From positions 20,659-84,658 of the forward strand of contig JBHLON010000011.1 of NCBI GenBank assembly GCA_048940445.1: DNA of 64,000 bases, in the 5' to 3' direction. The notes below the pieces were generated by a model. That model was not told where the DNA came from. It saw only the letters and a program-made list of their open reading frames with translations, and did no database searches. Every line of letters begins with the position of its first letter. Within the stretch, counting starts at the first letter, position 1. Origin of the DNA: Promethearchaeota archaeon. Its GTDB lineage: Archaea; Asgardarchaeota; Lokiarchaeia; Sigyniarchaeales; SOKP01. Shown piece by piece: positions 31,105 through 41,279 of this stretch. Made by a program: the position numbers and the translations under genes.

Positions 31105-32403
31105 TTGCTTGATCTTGAGTTATTTAGGACTAACTTACAAGAAATTATTAAATCAGAGAAATTACGGTTTAAAGATCCTACTAATGCTGAAAAGGTAGTT
31201 GAATTCGATAATAAATGGCGTAATCAGAAAGCTAAACTTCAAAAATTACAACAACAGAGAAATAAGTTATCTCCTCAAATAGGAAGGTTAAAAACTCAAG
31301 GAAAAACGGCGGAGGTAAATAAATTAAAACTTGAAGTAAAAAGTATAAAGAGTCAAATTGAAAATTTAGAGAAAGATGTTAAACAACTTAAGGAAGAACG
31401 CGATAAGTATCGATACTTAGTTGGAAATATTCTACATAATTCAGTTCCAATAGGAAAGAGTGATGAAGATAATGAAATTTTACGAATTGTTGGAAAACAA
31501 CCTCAATTTAATTTTAAGCCATTGTCTCATGTTGAATTAATAGAAATAGTTGATGGTGTTAACACCGTAAAAGCTGCTGAAATAGCAGGTTCAAGATTTT
31601 ATTATTTAAGAGGTGATATTGTATTATTAAATCTTGCTTTAATGAAATATGCTTTAGACAAGTTGATCTCTAAAGGGTATAGCCCTTTGTGGACTCCTTT
31701 CTTTATCAAATATGACGTTATTAAAGCGGCAGCAGAGTTGGCAGACTTCGAAGAACAGCTCTATAAAGTTCAAGATGAAGACCTTTATATGATTGCCACA
31801 TCTGAACAAACATTAGCAGCATTCCATTATGATGAGATATTGAATCCAGAAATTCTTCCCTTAAAGTATGTTGGAGTATCTTCTTGTTTTAGGCGGGAGG
31901 CAGGATCACACGGAAAAGATACTTTGGGAATATTTCGTGTTCATCAATTTGAGAAAATAGAACAATTTATTTTATGTAGACCTGAAGAATCATGGACTTT
32001 TCATGAGGAGTTACTTTTAAATTCAGAAGAAATTTTTAAAGAGTTAGAAATTCCTTATAGAGTTGTAAATATAGCTTCAGGTGTATTAAATGATAATGCT
32101 GCTAAAAAGTATGATCTTGAAGCTTGGTTTCCTGGTTCACAAACATACAGAGAGTTAGTTTCTTGTAGTAATTGTTTAGATTATCAAGCAAGAAAATTAA
32201 AGATAAGAATGGGAAAAGTAGGAAGTCAAAAAGAAAAGGAAATAGTACATACTTTAAATTCAACTGCAATTGCGACTGAACGTACAATTTGTTGTTTATT
32301 AGAAAATTATCAGAATCAAGATCATTCTATTAAGATTCCCAAAGTTTTACAGAAGTATATGAATGGTAAAAAATTAATTGAATCTATAAGAAAAACGAGT
32401 TAA
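31105..32403 (+). CDS. serS: Seryl-tRNA synthetase (standard type)
   Basis: ATSEQ, CFRREAG, FRVHQFEKIEQF, ELVSCSNC, HTLNSTA. Confidence 0.97.
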   Translation: MLDLELFRTNLQEIIKSEKLRFKDPTNAEKVVEFDNKWRNQKAKLQKLQQQRNKLSPQIGRLKTQGKTAEVNKLKLEVKSIKSQIENLEKDVKQLKEERDKYRYLVGNILHNSVPIGKSDEDNEILRIVGKQPQFNFKPLSHVELIEIVDGVNTVKAAEIAGSRFYYLRGDIVLLNLALMKYALDKLISKGYSPLWTPFFIKYDVIKAAAELADFEEQLYKVQDEDLYMIATSEQTLAAFHYDEILNPEILPLKYVGVSSCFRREAGSHGKDTLGIFRVHQFEKIEQFILCRPEESWTFHEELLLNSEEIFKELEIPYRVVNIASGVLNDNAAKKYDLEAWFPGSQTYRELVSCSNCLDYQARKLKIRMGKVGSQKEKEIVHTLNSTAIATERTICCLLENYQNQDHSIKIPKVLQKYMNGKKLIESIRKTS

Positions 32404-32404
32404 A

Positions 32405-33637
32405 ATGAGAGAAGTAACTCTAGAAGAATTTGAAAGTTTTTATAAGGATAGAATAAATTCTCAGTTTTCAAAGGTCAAAAAAGCTGTTCAAAAGTTAATA
32501 TCTGAAGTAAGGGATAATCTGATAGAGATTAAGGTTTGTATGGATCATTTCATTGAAGCAGGACAAGGAAAAATAGAAGAAAAAGCATTGAAATCATTAC
32601 ACTTTTTCTCAGATCGTATTAAAAAAGAAATTGACGAGATAGAAATCCCTGAAGAAGAATTAAATTATGATAACATAATCAATTTATTAAACTCAATTAA
32701 AAGGTTATTCACTAATATAAATGAAATCGCGCGAAAATCTTTACCTAAATTTCAGAAAGAAGTTCAACCAGAAATAAAAGAACTTAATTATATTACGCGC
32801 AAACTCCAGAAAAAACAAGCCGTTCTAGAGCAATTTCTTAGAAAAAAATATGATGATCTTAAAGAAGCAGAATATTTATTAAAAAAATTACCTAAATTAT
32901 TTAGTCTTAGAGAAAATATTGAAAATGCAAAATTGGATTTAGATCAATTTGAAAATGAACTACAAACACAGCAAAATTATGCATCAGAATTAAATGAAAA
33001 ATTAAAACAACTGGAAAAAGATGAACTATTTAAAGATTTAGATAAAAAGAGAGACGAACATTTTAAATTAAGAATGAAAATTAATGATCAACTGAGTTTT
33101 AAAAAAGCTCTTAAAAAGTTAAAACATGAAATTGAAAGTGAAACATTTCACATATCTAATTTTGATGCCGAATTTTTGAAAAATTTCCTTAAAGATCCTA
33201 TAAAAATTTTAAGTAAAGAAAGAAAAGATTTACCGAATTTTACAAATTTATTAGTTCAATTGCGTTATGCATTAGAAGAAAGTAAATTGAATTTAAAAGC
33301 TGATACTAAGGAAAAGACTATTGAGCAAATCAATACAATATTTGAAGGCAAGCAAATACATGAAGATATTGATAAATTAAAAGAAATCAGACAAGAAATT
33401 AAAATCTTAGAAGATAAGGTAAGAACTGCTGGATTATTTGAAGAGTTAGAAGATATAAAAAACAAAATCTCGATTAACACTATTAAATTAGAGCACATTC
33501 AGAGCGATTTGGATCGGAAAAATAAAGATTATATGAAGTATTTGGCGGCATTAAAGGATGAAAGAGAAGGGTTCCAGAAACTACTAGAAGATGTTATAAA
33601 AGAAGAGATAAAACTAAGTATAACTTTTTCATTTTAG
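32405..33637 (+). CDS. Long coiled-coil hypothetical protein
   Basis: Heptad-rich; 1 bp after serS. Confidence 0.8.
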   Translation: MREVTLEEFESFYKDRINSQFSKVKKAVQKLISEVRDNLIEIKVCMDHFIEAGQGKIEEKALKSLHFFSDRIKKEIDEIEIPEEELNYDNIINLLNSIKRLFTNINEIARKSLPKFQKEVQPEIKELNYITRKLQKKQAVLEQFLRKKYDDLKEAEYLLKKLPKLFSLRENIENAKLDLDQFENELQTQQNYASELNEKLKQLEKDELFKDLDKKRDEHFKLRMKINDQLSFKKALKKLKHEIESETFHISNFDAEFLKNFLKDPIKILSKERKDLPNFTNLLVQLRYALEESKLNLKADTKEKTIEQINTIFEGKQIHEDIDKLKEIRQEIKILEDKVRTAGLFEELEDIKNKISINTIKLEHIQSDLDRKNKDYMKYLAALKDEREGFQKLLEDVIKEEIKLSITFSF

Positions 33638-33641
33638 TGAT

Positions 33642-34373
33642 TTACAGTTTATAATCTCTTAATTCAAAGACTCTATTATTCTTCAAACTTTTCTTTCTTA
33701 GAGAGAGTTTCAAATTCTCTTTTAAAAATTTGTATGTTTCTGTGGTTGTTAGATTAAGAATCTTTAAATATTCTAATGCTAATGCTAAATCTTGTTTAAT
33801 ATCTATATCAAAACCCGCTCTAAATGAATCATAAATAGCAATTTTTAATTTTTTCTCATATGCTTTATTTAATAAAGCGATTAGAGATGGAATATCTGGC
33901 TCTGAGAAATAAGTAGGAATAATATTTGGAGGATTTCTTCCTAAAATAGAGATTCCTGCGGAATGAATTGCAGGACAGACAATTAATTGATTCTTTTTAA
34001 CAATCGAATCGATTTCGTAAAAATTTTCAACAGATATTAAAACTGTGTCTAAAAAGGTGAAAATGGTGCGTTCTGCATTATAGTTTTCAATAGCAATACG
34101 ATTTAAATCATTAATCACTTTATCAAAAGATTTTCTAGGCTTAGTGAGTTCTTCTTTAATTGAAATTAATCCATATTCTGAGGCTAAATTTAATATTTCA
34201 AAACTATTGCAATATATAATTTTTTCCTTAAAACAATCTACTTTTTCTAGTTTGAGAGCTAAATCTTTGAACATAGCAATAGTTAATTCTTTAAGTTGCT
34301 GCTTCGACAAGCAATCACGAAGTCGTGACTTGGTTCTTGATAAAGGAGCTACGGGAACTAATAATAAACTCAT
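33642..34373 (-). CDS. cofC: CofC-like guanylyltransferase (F420 biosynthesis)
   Basis: LVPV...TKSRL, AMFKD, FDIDIKQDL. Confidence 0.75.
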   Translation of the reverse strand: MSLLLVPVAPLSRTKSRLRDCLSKQQLKELTIAMFKDLALKLEKVDCFKEKIIYCNSFEILNLASEYGLISIKEELTKPRKSFDKVINDLNRIAIENYNAERTIFTFLDTVLISVENFYEIDSIVKKNQLIVCPAIHSAGISILGRNPPNIIPTYFSEPDIPSLIALLNKAYEKKLKIAIYDSFRAGFDIDIKQDLALALEYLKILNLTTTETYKFLKENLKLSLRKKSLKNNRVFELRDYKL

Positions 34374-34444
34374 TATGAACTGACTTATTCAGATTTTAAT
34401 ATTACGTTTAATTAAAAGTAGTTTATAAATTCGTTTAAATAATT

Positions 34445-35011
34445 TTATTTTAAATTATTTAAAATTTGAATTGAGAGGCTCTCAAATGCTAGATCTACAT
34501 TTTTATTTAATTTTGCTGAAGTCTCAAAGAAATCAACCTTTAACTTTTTAGCTTTATCCTCAACTAATCCACTTTCAACTTCTCTTCTTAAATCTGATTT
34601 ATTTCCCACGAGGATGTATGGAATCTCTCCACTTAACTCTTTCAACTTTGAAATCCAAAAATCTAGATCGTTAAATGATTCAAAAGAATTTAAACTAAAA
34701 ACCACCATTGCTCCAACTGCTTGAACAAAATAATACTCATTGGCAAATAGTTTATCTTGTTGACCTCCAACATCCCAGAAGTATAGCTTGAATCCTTTTT
34801 GGCTAATATCGCTTCTTAATTCGGGATTTTTAATTTTCAGATTATCGATTATTTTGGTTAAGTCTATTTCTTTAATAAGAAAATTAGCCCCAATTGTTTG
34901 ATGATATTCATCACTAAATTTATTGTCTACATATCGAGCAAGAAGACTTGTTTTACCTACATTAGGAGATCCAACCATTAATGCTTTTCCTCGATAACTT
35001 ATGCAAAACAC
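34445..35011 (-). CDS. Rab/Ras-like small GTPase
   Basis: GSPNVGKTS, TIGANF, WDVGGQ, NKSD, ETSAK; no C-terminal prenylation motif. Confidence 0.93.
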   Translation of the reverse strand: MFCISYRGKALMVGSPNVGKTSLLARYVDNKFSDEYHQTIGANFLIKEIDLTKIIDNLKIKNPELRSDISQKGFKLYFWDVGGQQDKLFANEYYFVQAVGAMVVFSLNSFESFNDLDFWISKLKELSGEIPYILVGNKSDLRREVESGLVEDKAKKLKVDFFETSAKLNKNVDLAFESLSIQILNNLK

Positions 35012-35087
35012 CCTAGATTTTTTTAATTGCTTCCCTTAAAGTTTTGTAATAAATAAAAATTTGTTTTATATATAATTTTTTTGAATT

Positions 35088-35948
35088 TTATGATGTTGGT
35101 AATACTTTTTTAGTAATTAATTTTATTTCTTTACATTCTGAGCTAATAAAATGTTTAAAAAGATGTTCATAACCTACAATTTGTTTTCGAAGTCCGTTTT
35201 CTAACCACAACCCCGTGGTATATTCTGGAGCTTCAGTTACTTGATCCAATGTTGTTAATAAAAAATCATTGTCAGTGATTAATAACCCAAAGGGAATAAC
35301 ACTATCTCCCTCTATTGAATGAAGGGTAACTGAGATCTTCAATAATTTTTTAATCTCTTCCTTAAGTGTATCAACATATTTTAAAGCGATGACCATTTGA
35401 ATATTTGAAGAAAATCTTTTATTCCAAAGCAATTTTAAAATCCATTCATAGCCTCCTAGTTCTTCCATTAATAAGTCGGGAGTTATAATAAAGTAAATCC
35501 TTTTTTCAGCTGCTTCTATTAGTTCTTTAATTTTCTTTCTAATTTTTTCTCTTGTGCTTATTGCCCATACTCGAGGCTCTGATTCATCTGTTTCTATTTC
35601 TAATTCACTGATCGCTTTTTCAATGATCAGCGTATCATTAATTTTTTCTTTATAGTCTTCTCGAATTGATTTAAAAATATTCTCTAAAGGGATAATTTGA
35701 TAATTTGCGCCACGTTTAACAGGTTCCTTTTGAATGTAACCTTTTTCTATTAATCTATTTAGACTATCATAAACTCTTGCCCTATCTACACCAGAAAATT
35801 TAGCGATATCTGCTGGACTGAGGATTTTATACTTTGCTAAAGTAATTAATACTTTGGAATCATTTTTCGTAAACCCAAGTGATTGTAAGGCGTCTTCTAT
35901 TTCAGATTCATCAAGATTCTCAAGTTTTTGGCTGTTTGTCAATTTCAT
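35088..35948 (-). CDS. TrmB-family transcriptional regulator
   Basis: LGFT...SGVDRARVYDSLNRLIEKG wHTH plus PLD-like effector domain. Confidence 0.9.
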   Translation of the reverse strand: MKLTNSQKLENLDESEIEDALQSLGFTKNDSKVLITLAKYKILSPADIAKFSGVDRARVYDSLNRLIEKGYIQKEPVKRGANYQIIPLENIFKSIREDYKEKINDTLIIEKAISELEIETDESEPRVWAISTREKIRKKIKELIEAAEKRIYFIITPDLLMEELGGYEWILKLLWNKRFSSNIQMVIALKYVDTLKEEIKKLLKISVTLHSIEGDSVIPFGLLITDNDFLLTTLDQVTEAPEYTTGLWLENGLRKQIVGYEHLFKHFISSECKEIKLITKKVLPTS

Positions 35949-36608
35949 CCTACATAGAAAATTTTCGATCTTGTATAAGAAATCTTATATTTTATATTTT
36001 AATTTTGTTATTTAGAAAAAAGCAAGCTGTTTGAAATATTCTTATATATTAATATTTTTTAAATTTTCCTTTATCTAAATAGGAGATAGCTTTTAAAATG
36101 GAGACTTTGAAGTTTTATTTATCACATCCTTATTAGATGATTTAATGTATTTTGATAAAATGGCAAATTTTTGCCCGAATTATTTTAACTTTAAACATTC
36201 TGTTTATAAATGCAATTTAAAGGAATATACAGCTAAAAATATAAAATTGGCTTTCATCCTCGAATATTGAATTTTTCAATTTTTTGATTAACTTCAAAAT
36301 TTTATTTTATTTGATTTGTTAGGGTATAAATTTAATAGATCTTGTTGAAATTAATACCTCGTAAATATAAGAAATCAGTAAAAATTTATTTTCCGTTTAA
36401 TAAAAATTAAAAATTTATTTTAATGATGCTATTTTGTCGGTCTAAATATATTTAGCACCTCTTAGATCTAAAAAATTCAATTAACAGAATTTGCATAAAG
36501 TACTATTTCGAAACATAACATTTATATAAGAGAAATGAGTAGTTAATATTAATTATCAATCAAAAAAAAACAAGAATATAATATAAAACTAAGTGGAGGA
36601 ATAAAATT

Positions 36609-36863
36609 ATGGCAAAAAAACCTGCATCTAAGTCAAAAGCTGCACCAAAATCCAAGAAGGGTGAAACTTATATAGCAAAAGCACCTATTAGAAGGTTGAT
36701 GAAAAAAGAAGGAGCAGATCTAGTTGCTGCTGAAGCCCTAGATAAACTCATTGTTTTTCTCGAGAAAAAGGCAGCTGAAACTACAAAAAAGGCTTTAGAT
36801 ATTTGTAAAAAAGATAAACGAAAAAGAGTCACTGCAGCTGATGTAAGGAATGCTACCCGGTAA
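36609..36863 (+). CDS. Archaeal histone with Lys-rich N-terminal tail
   Basis: Fold APIRRLMK.EGA..V...A...RKRVTAADV preceded by MAKKPASKSKAAPKSKKG; SD GGAGG. Confidence 0.93.
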   Translation: MAKKPASKSKAAPKSKKGETYIAKAPIRRLMKKEGADLVAAEALDKLIVFLEKKAAETTKKALDICKKDKRKRVTAADVRNATR

Positions 36864-36912
36864 ATAAGCGTAATTCCTAATTTTTGCAGTTCTATTTTTT
36901 TTCTTTTTATTA

Positions 36913-37431
36913 TTAAAAGTTTTCAAAAAATTTTTGATTTAAAACTTTATTAATTCTTAGTTCTAATTTTTCTTTTACAGAATTTAAACCTTCTGGAACT
37001 ATTCTTGTTTTCCCTACAATATCTATGTATCCTAATTCCGAATTATAGCGTGGTACAACATGAACATGTAAATGTTCTATACTTCCTCCAGCAATCTTTC
37101 CTTGGTTAATTCCAATATTATATCCCCTTGGATTGTAGATATCGTCCAATAACATTTGAATACCTTGAATTGTTCTCATTAGATGGATTATTTCCGATTT
37201 AGTTAGGTCTGTGAATTGTGTAATATGCTTATTTGGAACAATCATCAGATGACCTGGATTATAAGGATAAAGATTTAAAGATATAAATAGGATTTTATCC
37301 TGGTAAATTTTTAAAGATACAACTCTCTCATCATCGTCTCTCACAGAACAGAGTATACACTCCACCCTTGGTCTATTCTCTCCTTGGACATATTCAAGTT
37401 TTCCCAAAGCACGTAACCATTTTTTAAAAAT
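36913..37431 (-). CDS. HIT-family nucleotide hydrolase (probable ATT start)
   Basis: CILC, NLYPYNPGH, HLHVH; frame extends to ATT 37431, 6 nt after GGTGA. Confidence 0.9.
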   Translation of the reverse strand: MFKKWLRALGKLEYVQGENRPRVECILCSVRDDDERVVSLKIYQDKILFISLNLYPYNPGHLMIVPNKHITQFTDLTKSEIIHLMRTIQGIQMLLDDIYNPRGYNIGINQGKIAGGSIEHLHVHVVPRYNSELGYIDIVGKTRIVPEGLNSVKEKLELRINKVLNQKFFENF

Positions 37432-37444
37432 TACATCTCACCAT

Positions 37445-37975
37445 TTATGAATATAATGAAAAATCAGAGCTAAAATCTTTGGATTTTGGAAAATCTTCTG
37501 GTTTCATTGTAGATGAGCAATAATCATTCAGAATCATATTAGAATATGCTGCACAAGTGAATACTTTACGTATACTTCTAAAAAAATCATTTTTTGAAAT
37601 TAAATCATCTTCATTAAAAAAAAGTTGATCGCTTATCTCATATCTATAATTTTGTATGTCAATCCTAAAGAATACATCCTTTATAAGAAAAAATTTTCTT
37701 AAATCCATAAAGTAACGCATTTTTTTATTTGCTTTCAAAGAATTTAAAGCGGTAATATGTTCAGGAGAAATTTGAATCGGATTCGATATCACAATTAAAT
37801 TTTTGTTCTTTGGTTTTAAAGCAATCATATTTTGTCCAACAGGGCTAGGTGGAAATACAAATCGAAATCCAAATTCAAGTTTTTGTTCATTATCTGGTAA
37901 ATTTTGCCTTAATAATCCCTCTTCTAATAAATATTCTCGGATTAAATATTTGATTTTACTTTCATTAACTGGCAT
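37445..37975 (-). CDS. DUF2299-like conserved archaeal protein
   Basis: IREYLLEEG N-terminus. Confidence 0.65.
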   Translation of the reverse strand: MPVNESKIKYLIREYLLEEGLLRQNLPDNEQKLEFGFRFVFPPSPVGQNMIALKPKNKNLIVISNPIQISPEHITALNSLKANKKMRYFMDLRKFFLIKDVFFRIDIQNYRYEISDQLFFNEDDLISKNDFFRSIRKVFTCAAYSNMILNDYCSSTMKPEDFPKSKDFSSDFSLYS

Positions 37976-38058
37976 TTTCTTTAATTTGGTTATAATATCA
38001 TTTAAAATTAACTTTTTCTAAATAAATAGTGAAAACATTTTTAGATATAGTTTTGGAT

Positions 38059-38421
38059 CTAATACTTACCTTTTGGTCTGAGTTGTGGCTGAATTCCTGC
38101 CTGTCTTAATTTCTTAATATTATTTTCTAAATCTTGAGTTGGAGTACAATAGATGACTTTTAATGTATCATAATCTATAATTAAGGTACCAACAATTCCC
38201 AATCCCATTATTCTATTATCTTTATCAACAAAAGTATGATCAATTGCCATCTTTATCGCTTTTTTCGTATTTTCTAGTTCTACTAATTTAGGTTGACACG
38301 CTGTGTACCCAGGACCATGATTTTGTAATAAATAGTTCATTAGGGCGTAATCTAATTCATCTGGGATTTCCCCATTTTCTTCTATAATTTTCATTATTTT
38401 TGGAGTTGATTGTTGAGACAT
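38059..38421 (-). CDS. Hypothetical protein
   Basis: 120-aa ORF within co-oriented run. Confidence 0.75.
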   Translation of the reverse strand: MSQQSTPKIMKIIEENGEIPDELDYALMNYLLQNHGPGYTACQPKLVELENTKKAIKMAIDHTFVDKDNRIMGLGIVGTLIIDYDTLKVIYCTPTQDLENNIKKLRQAGIQPQLRPKGKY

Positions 38422-38446
38422 GTTAAGTTTTCACTCATATAATATA

Positions 38447-38707
38447 TTATGTTCTTTTATCGATCTGAACTCTATCTACACTATGTAAAGCACAGTTCAT
38501 GTCTTCTAAAGCCTCTTTTACGGCATCTAGTGAAAGATCATCATCTCCTTTAATGGTAATAAAAACCGAAGTGGTTTTTTGATCAATTTCGTCAACTTTT
38601 ATCTGTACGAATTTTACACCTGGAATTTCTTCTAGAACTTTTGCTAGATCAAAATTGTCTGGTTGATGTGGTTTTAACACATCAAGGTCAAATTCTATTC
38701 TTCCCAT
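38447..38707 (-). CDS. DUF211 family protein
   Basis: LDVLKPHQP...ALHSVD. Confidence 0.85.
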   Translation of the reverse strand: MGRIEFDLDVLKPHQPDNFDLAKVLEEIPGVKFVQIKVDEIDQKTTSVFITIKGDDDLSLDAVKEALEDMNCALHSVDRVQIDKRT

Positions 38708-38802
38708 TTTTTAAATTTAAACCCGTTTTATAATAAAAATTGTATTTTAAGATAAATTTATGTCATTAATAGATTGAATTCTATTTATAATTTTTTTATT
38801 TA

Positions 38803-39498
38803 TTAGATAAAATTCTTAATTGCTTCTATTAATCTAAAGGGAATACCTTTCGGTTTGATTATAAAGTCTGCTTTTTTATACATATTTGATTCAAAATAAG
38901 TTGATAGTTTTGTATAGATAAGAATAGAATGAGCTCCAATGTTTAGAGCAGCTTCAATATCCCTTTCCATATCTCCAATGACCAAGATCTCAAGAGGATT
39001 TACTGAAAGGTTTTTACAGATAAGATTTAAATGATCTGGATGCGGTTTAGGATTATCTATATTGTCTCGACCTGCAATCATTTCGAAATAGTGTAACAAA
39101 TTAACCTTCTTAAGAGACATTTCGGCATTTTCTTTTGTGTTATAAGTAAAAATTGCTTGCTTAAGATGATTGACTTTAACGAACTCTAAAACTTTATTTA
39201 TTCCTTTAACCATTGTAGCCTTTAATGCAGCTTTGTATTCTATTTTAGCGATAGCTGAATTTGCTTCTTCCATTATTTCTTTTAATTTAACTTTAGAAAA
39301 TTCTTTTGATTTAAAAAAATCTTTAGCGATTTGCACATTGTCTAATGCTTTTAACTCTGTACTAAGTAGGTTCTCAGGAACTCCATACTTAATGAAAATT
39401 TTAATAGCTTCTTTTCGAGCTTTTATAAAGTCAATTTTAAAGTGGATTAGTGTTCCATCCAAATCCCAAATTATTGCTTTAATAGGCCTTTTTAACAT
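38803..39498 (-). CDS. HAD hydrolase (phosphoglycolate phosphatase-like)
   Basis: WDLDGTL, KPHPD, IGDMERD. Confidence 0.9.
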   Translation of the reverse strand: MLKRPIKAIIWDLDGTLIHFKIDFIKARKEAIKIFIKYGVPENLLSTELKALDNVQIAKDFFKSKEFSKVKLKEIMEEANSAIAKIEYKAALKATMVKGINKVLEFVKVNHLKQAIFTYNTKENAEMSLKKVNLLHYFEMIAGRDNIDNPKPHPDHLNLICKNLSVNPLEILVIGDMERDIEAALNIGAHSILIYTKLSTYFESNMYKKADFIIKPKGIPFRLIEAIKNFI

Positions 39499-40071
39499 TT
39501 AATAAACCAAATCTGAATATATTGGACCTTGAGGAGTCAATTCTGACTCCTTTAATTTTACTTTATTTACATCAAAGATACCAAATTCAAGGTTTCTATT
39601 TTCTTGAATTATTTTTTTAAATGTATTAAAATTCTTATAGTTGATATTATTGGATTTTAACCTTCCAATAGTTAAATGTGCAGTAAACTGTTTTCTTCGA
39701 TCTCGAGGAATATTTAACTTCCGATTTAACAACTCTTCAACATTATCTTTAATGTTTTGCAAAAACTGGATATCCCCAATAAGTTTGATCCATAGTACTG
39801 AATAGCGATTAAATTGACCAACACCTTTCAGTTTATATTCAAAACTTTGACCTTTAAAGAAAGGTTCATTTATTTCTTCTTTTAAAATAGCATAAATTTT
39901 TGGAGCTAGAGATTCAGGAATATTTCCTAAGAATTTAACTGTAATATGTAAATTATTAGGTTCTACAAACTTAATTTTCGGTTGATTTTGTTTTAATCTT
40001 GAACAAAATGACACAATTTCTTGAATTGTAACTTCGTCTCTTAACTCTATTGCGATGAACGATCGTATCAT
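39499..40071 (-). CDS. thpR: RNA 2',3'-cyclic phosphodiesterase (2H family)
   Basis: RSFIAI, HITVKFLG, HLTIGR, SELTPQGPIY. Confidence 0.93.
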   Translation of the reverse strand: MIRSFIAIELRDEVTIQEIVSFCSRLKQNQPKIKFVEPNNLHITVKFLGNIPESLAPKIYAILKEEINEPFFKGQSFEYKLKGVGQFNRYSVLWIKLIGDIQFLQNIKDNVEELLNRKLNIPRDRRKQFTAHLTIGRLKSNNINYKNFNTFKKIIQENRNLEFGIFDVNKVKLKESELTPQGPIYSDLVY

Positions 40072-40077
40072 AAACTT

Positions 40078-41232
40078 TCAATTCCCTTTTATTTGATTCC
40101 AATAAGAATATATTCTCCAATGCTTCGTTGATATTTTACTTTTTTGTTCTGGAATTAAATGAATTTCTTTTAAATCATTTAAATTTTTTGATTGAATAAT
40201 TTTAATAATATCCTCCAAAAACATAGTAAGCATTTTAGCTCTAGTGGTAGCATCTGCACTTGCATTATGAGGCATAAGTAAAATTCTTAATTCGGGATAT
40301 AATTTTTTAATTTTCTTAAATCTATTTAGAGTTTCTTGTTCAATTGGCTCGATGGGAAAAACATCAAAAGAAAGATTAATTTTAATCGTTCCTCCTTCTA
40401 AAAGGTCTAATAATGCATTAAGGTCAAGAACTTGCCCTCGAGAGGTATTTACTAAAAGGGCATCTTTTTTCATTAATTTTAACAATTTTTTATTTATAAT
40501 TTTTTCTGTGTATTTATTTAATGGAATATGAAGAGTTATTATATCTGCTTCTCTAAAGAGATCTTCTAGATTACTTTTAAATTCAATATTCGGATAACTT
40601 TTTTCAAAGTTATCCATACGCTGAACATCATTATAGATTAACCTCAAACCCCAAGAATATAATCGTTTCACTAGTTCTTTGCCAATCTCTCCTAAACCTA
40701 CAATACCAATGACTTTATTTGAAATACTTGAAGTTAAATTTTGATCTAAGTCCCATTTATTAATTGATGACCATTTACCGCTCCAAACATAATTATGGAG
40801 GTCAACTAAATTTCTGAAATTAGCCATAATTGAGGCAATCGTATAATCTGCGACAGTTTCATGAAGTACTCCTGGAGTGTGAGTAATGATGATATCCTCC
40901 TTCTCAGTTTTTTGTATATGGTTATATCCTGCAGTGCTAGTACACACTGCAATAATGTTCGAATTGTTTAGAATATTCGAAGGAATTAAATGACTTAAGT
41001 GGCATGCTACTATATCAGGATTAAATTCTTGAATATTTTGTTGAATTTCAATTTCATCAGGAAACCTACCCTCATACATCTTTATTTCAGATATATCTTT
41101 TAATCTTTTCCATAATGATCTAATATGTTCCCTACTGCCTTGATCTATTTTATTATTAAAACCAATTTCTGACAGAGAGAAAACATTTGAAGTAAAATAT
41201 ACTTTTGGCTTAATAACCATATTAGTAACCAA
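40078..41232 (-). CDS. D-2-hydroxyacid dehydrogenase (glyoxylate reductase-like)
   Basis: HTPGVL, GLGEIG, VNTSRG, DVF..EP, PHNAS. Confidence 0.9.
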   Translation of the reverse strand: MVTNMVIKPKVYFTSNVFSLSEIGFNNKIDQGSREHIRSLWKRLKDISEIKMYEGRFPDEIEIQQNIQEFNPDIVACHLSHLIPSNILNNSNIIAVCTSTAGYNHIQKTEKEDIIITHTPGVLHETVADYTIASIMANFRNLVDLHNYVWSGKWSSINKWDLDQNLTSSISNKVIGIVGLGEIGKELVKRLYSWGLRLIYNDVQRMDNFEKSYPNIEFKSNLEDLFREADIITLHIPLNKYTEKIINKKLLKLMKKDALLVNTSRGQVLDLNALLDLLEGGTIKINLSFDVFPIEPIEQETLNRFKKIKKLYPELRILLMPHNASADATTRAKMLTMFLEDIIKIIQSKNLNDLKEIHLIPEQKSKISTKHWRIYSYWNQIKGN

Positions 41233-41279
41233 TTATATTGAGAATAAGAATTTTACTTAAGAGAAAGTAGAAAAAGAAA

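Noticed and set aside
30995-31198. 67-aa ORF overlapping serS start
   Set aside because: Out-of-frame overlap with serS and low-complexity composition
35949-36608. 660-bp AT-rich gap as replication origin or ncRNA
   Set aside because: No ORB-like repeats, no adjacent orc/cdc6, no GC-rich structured segment seen
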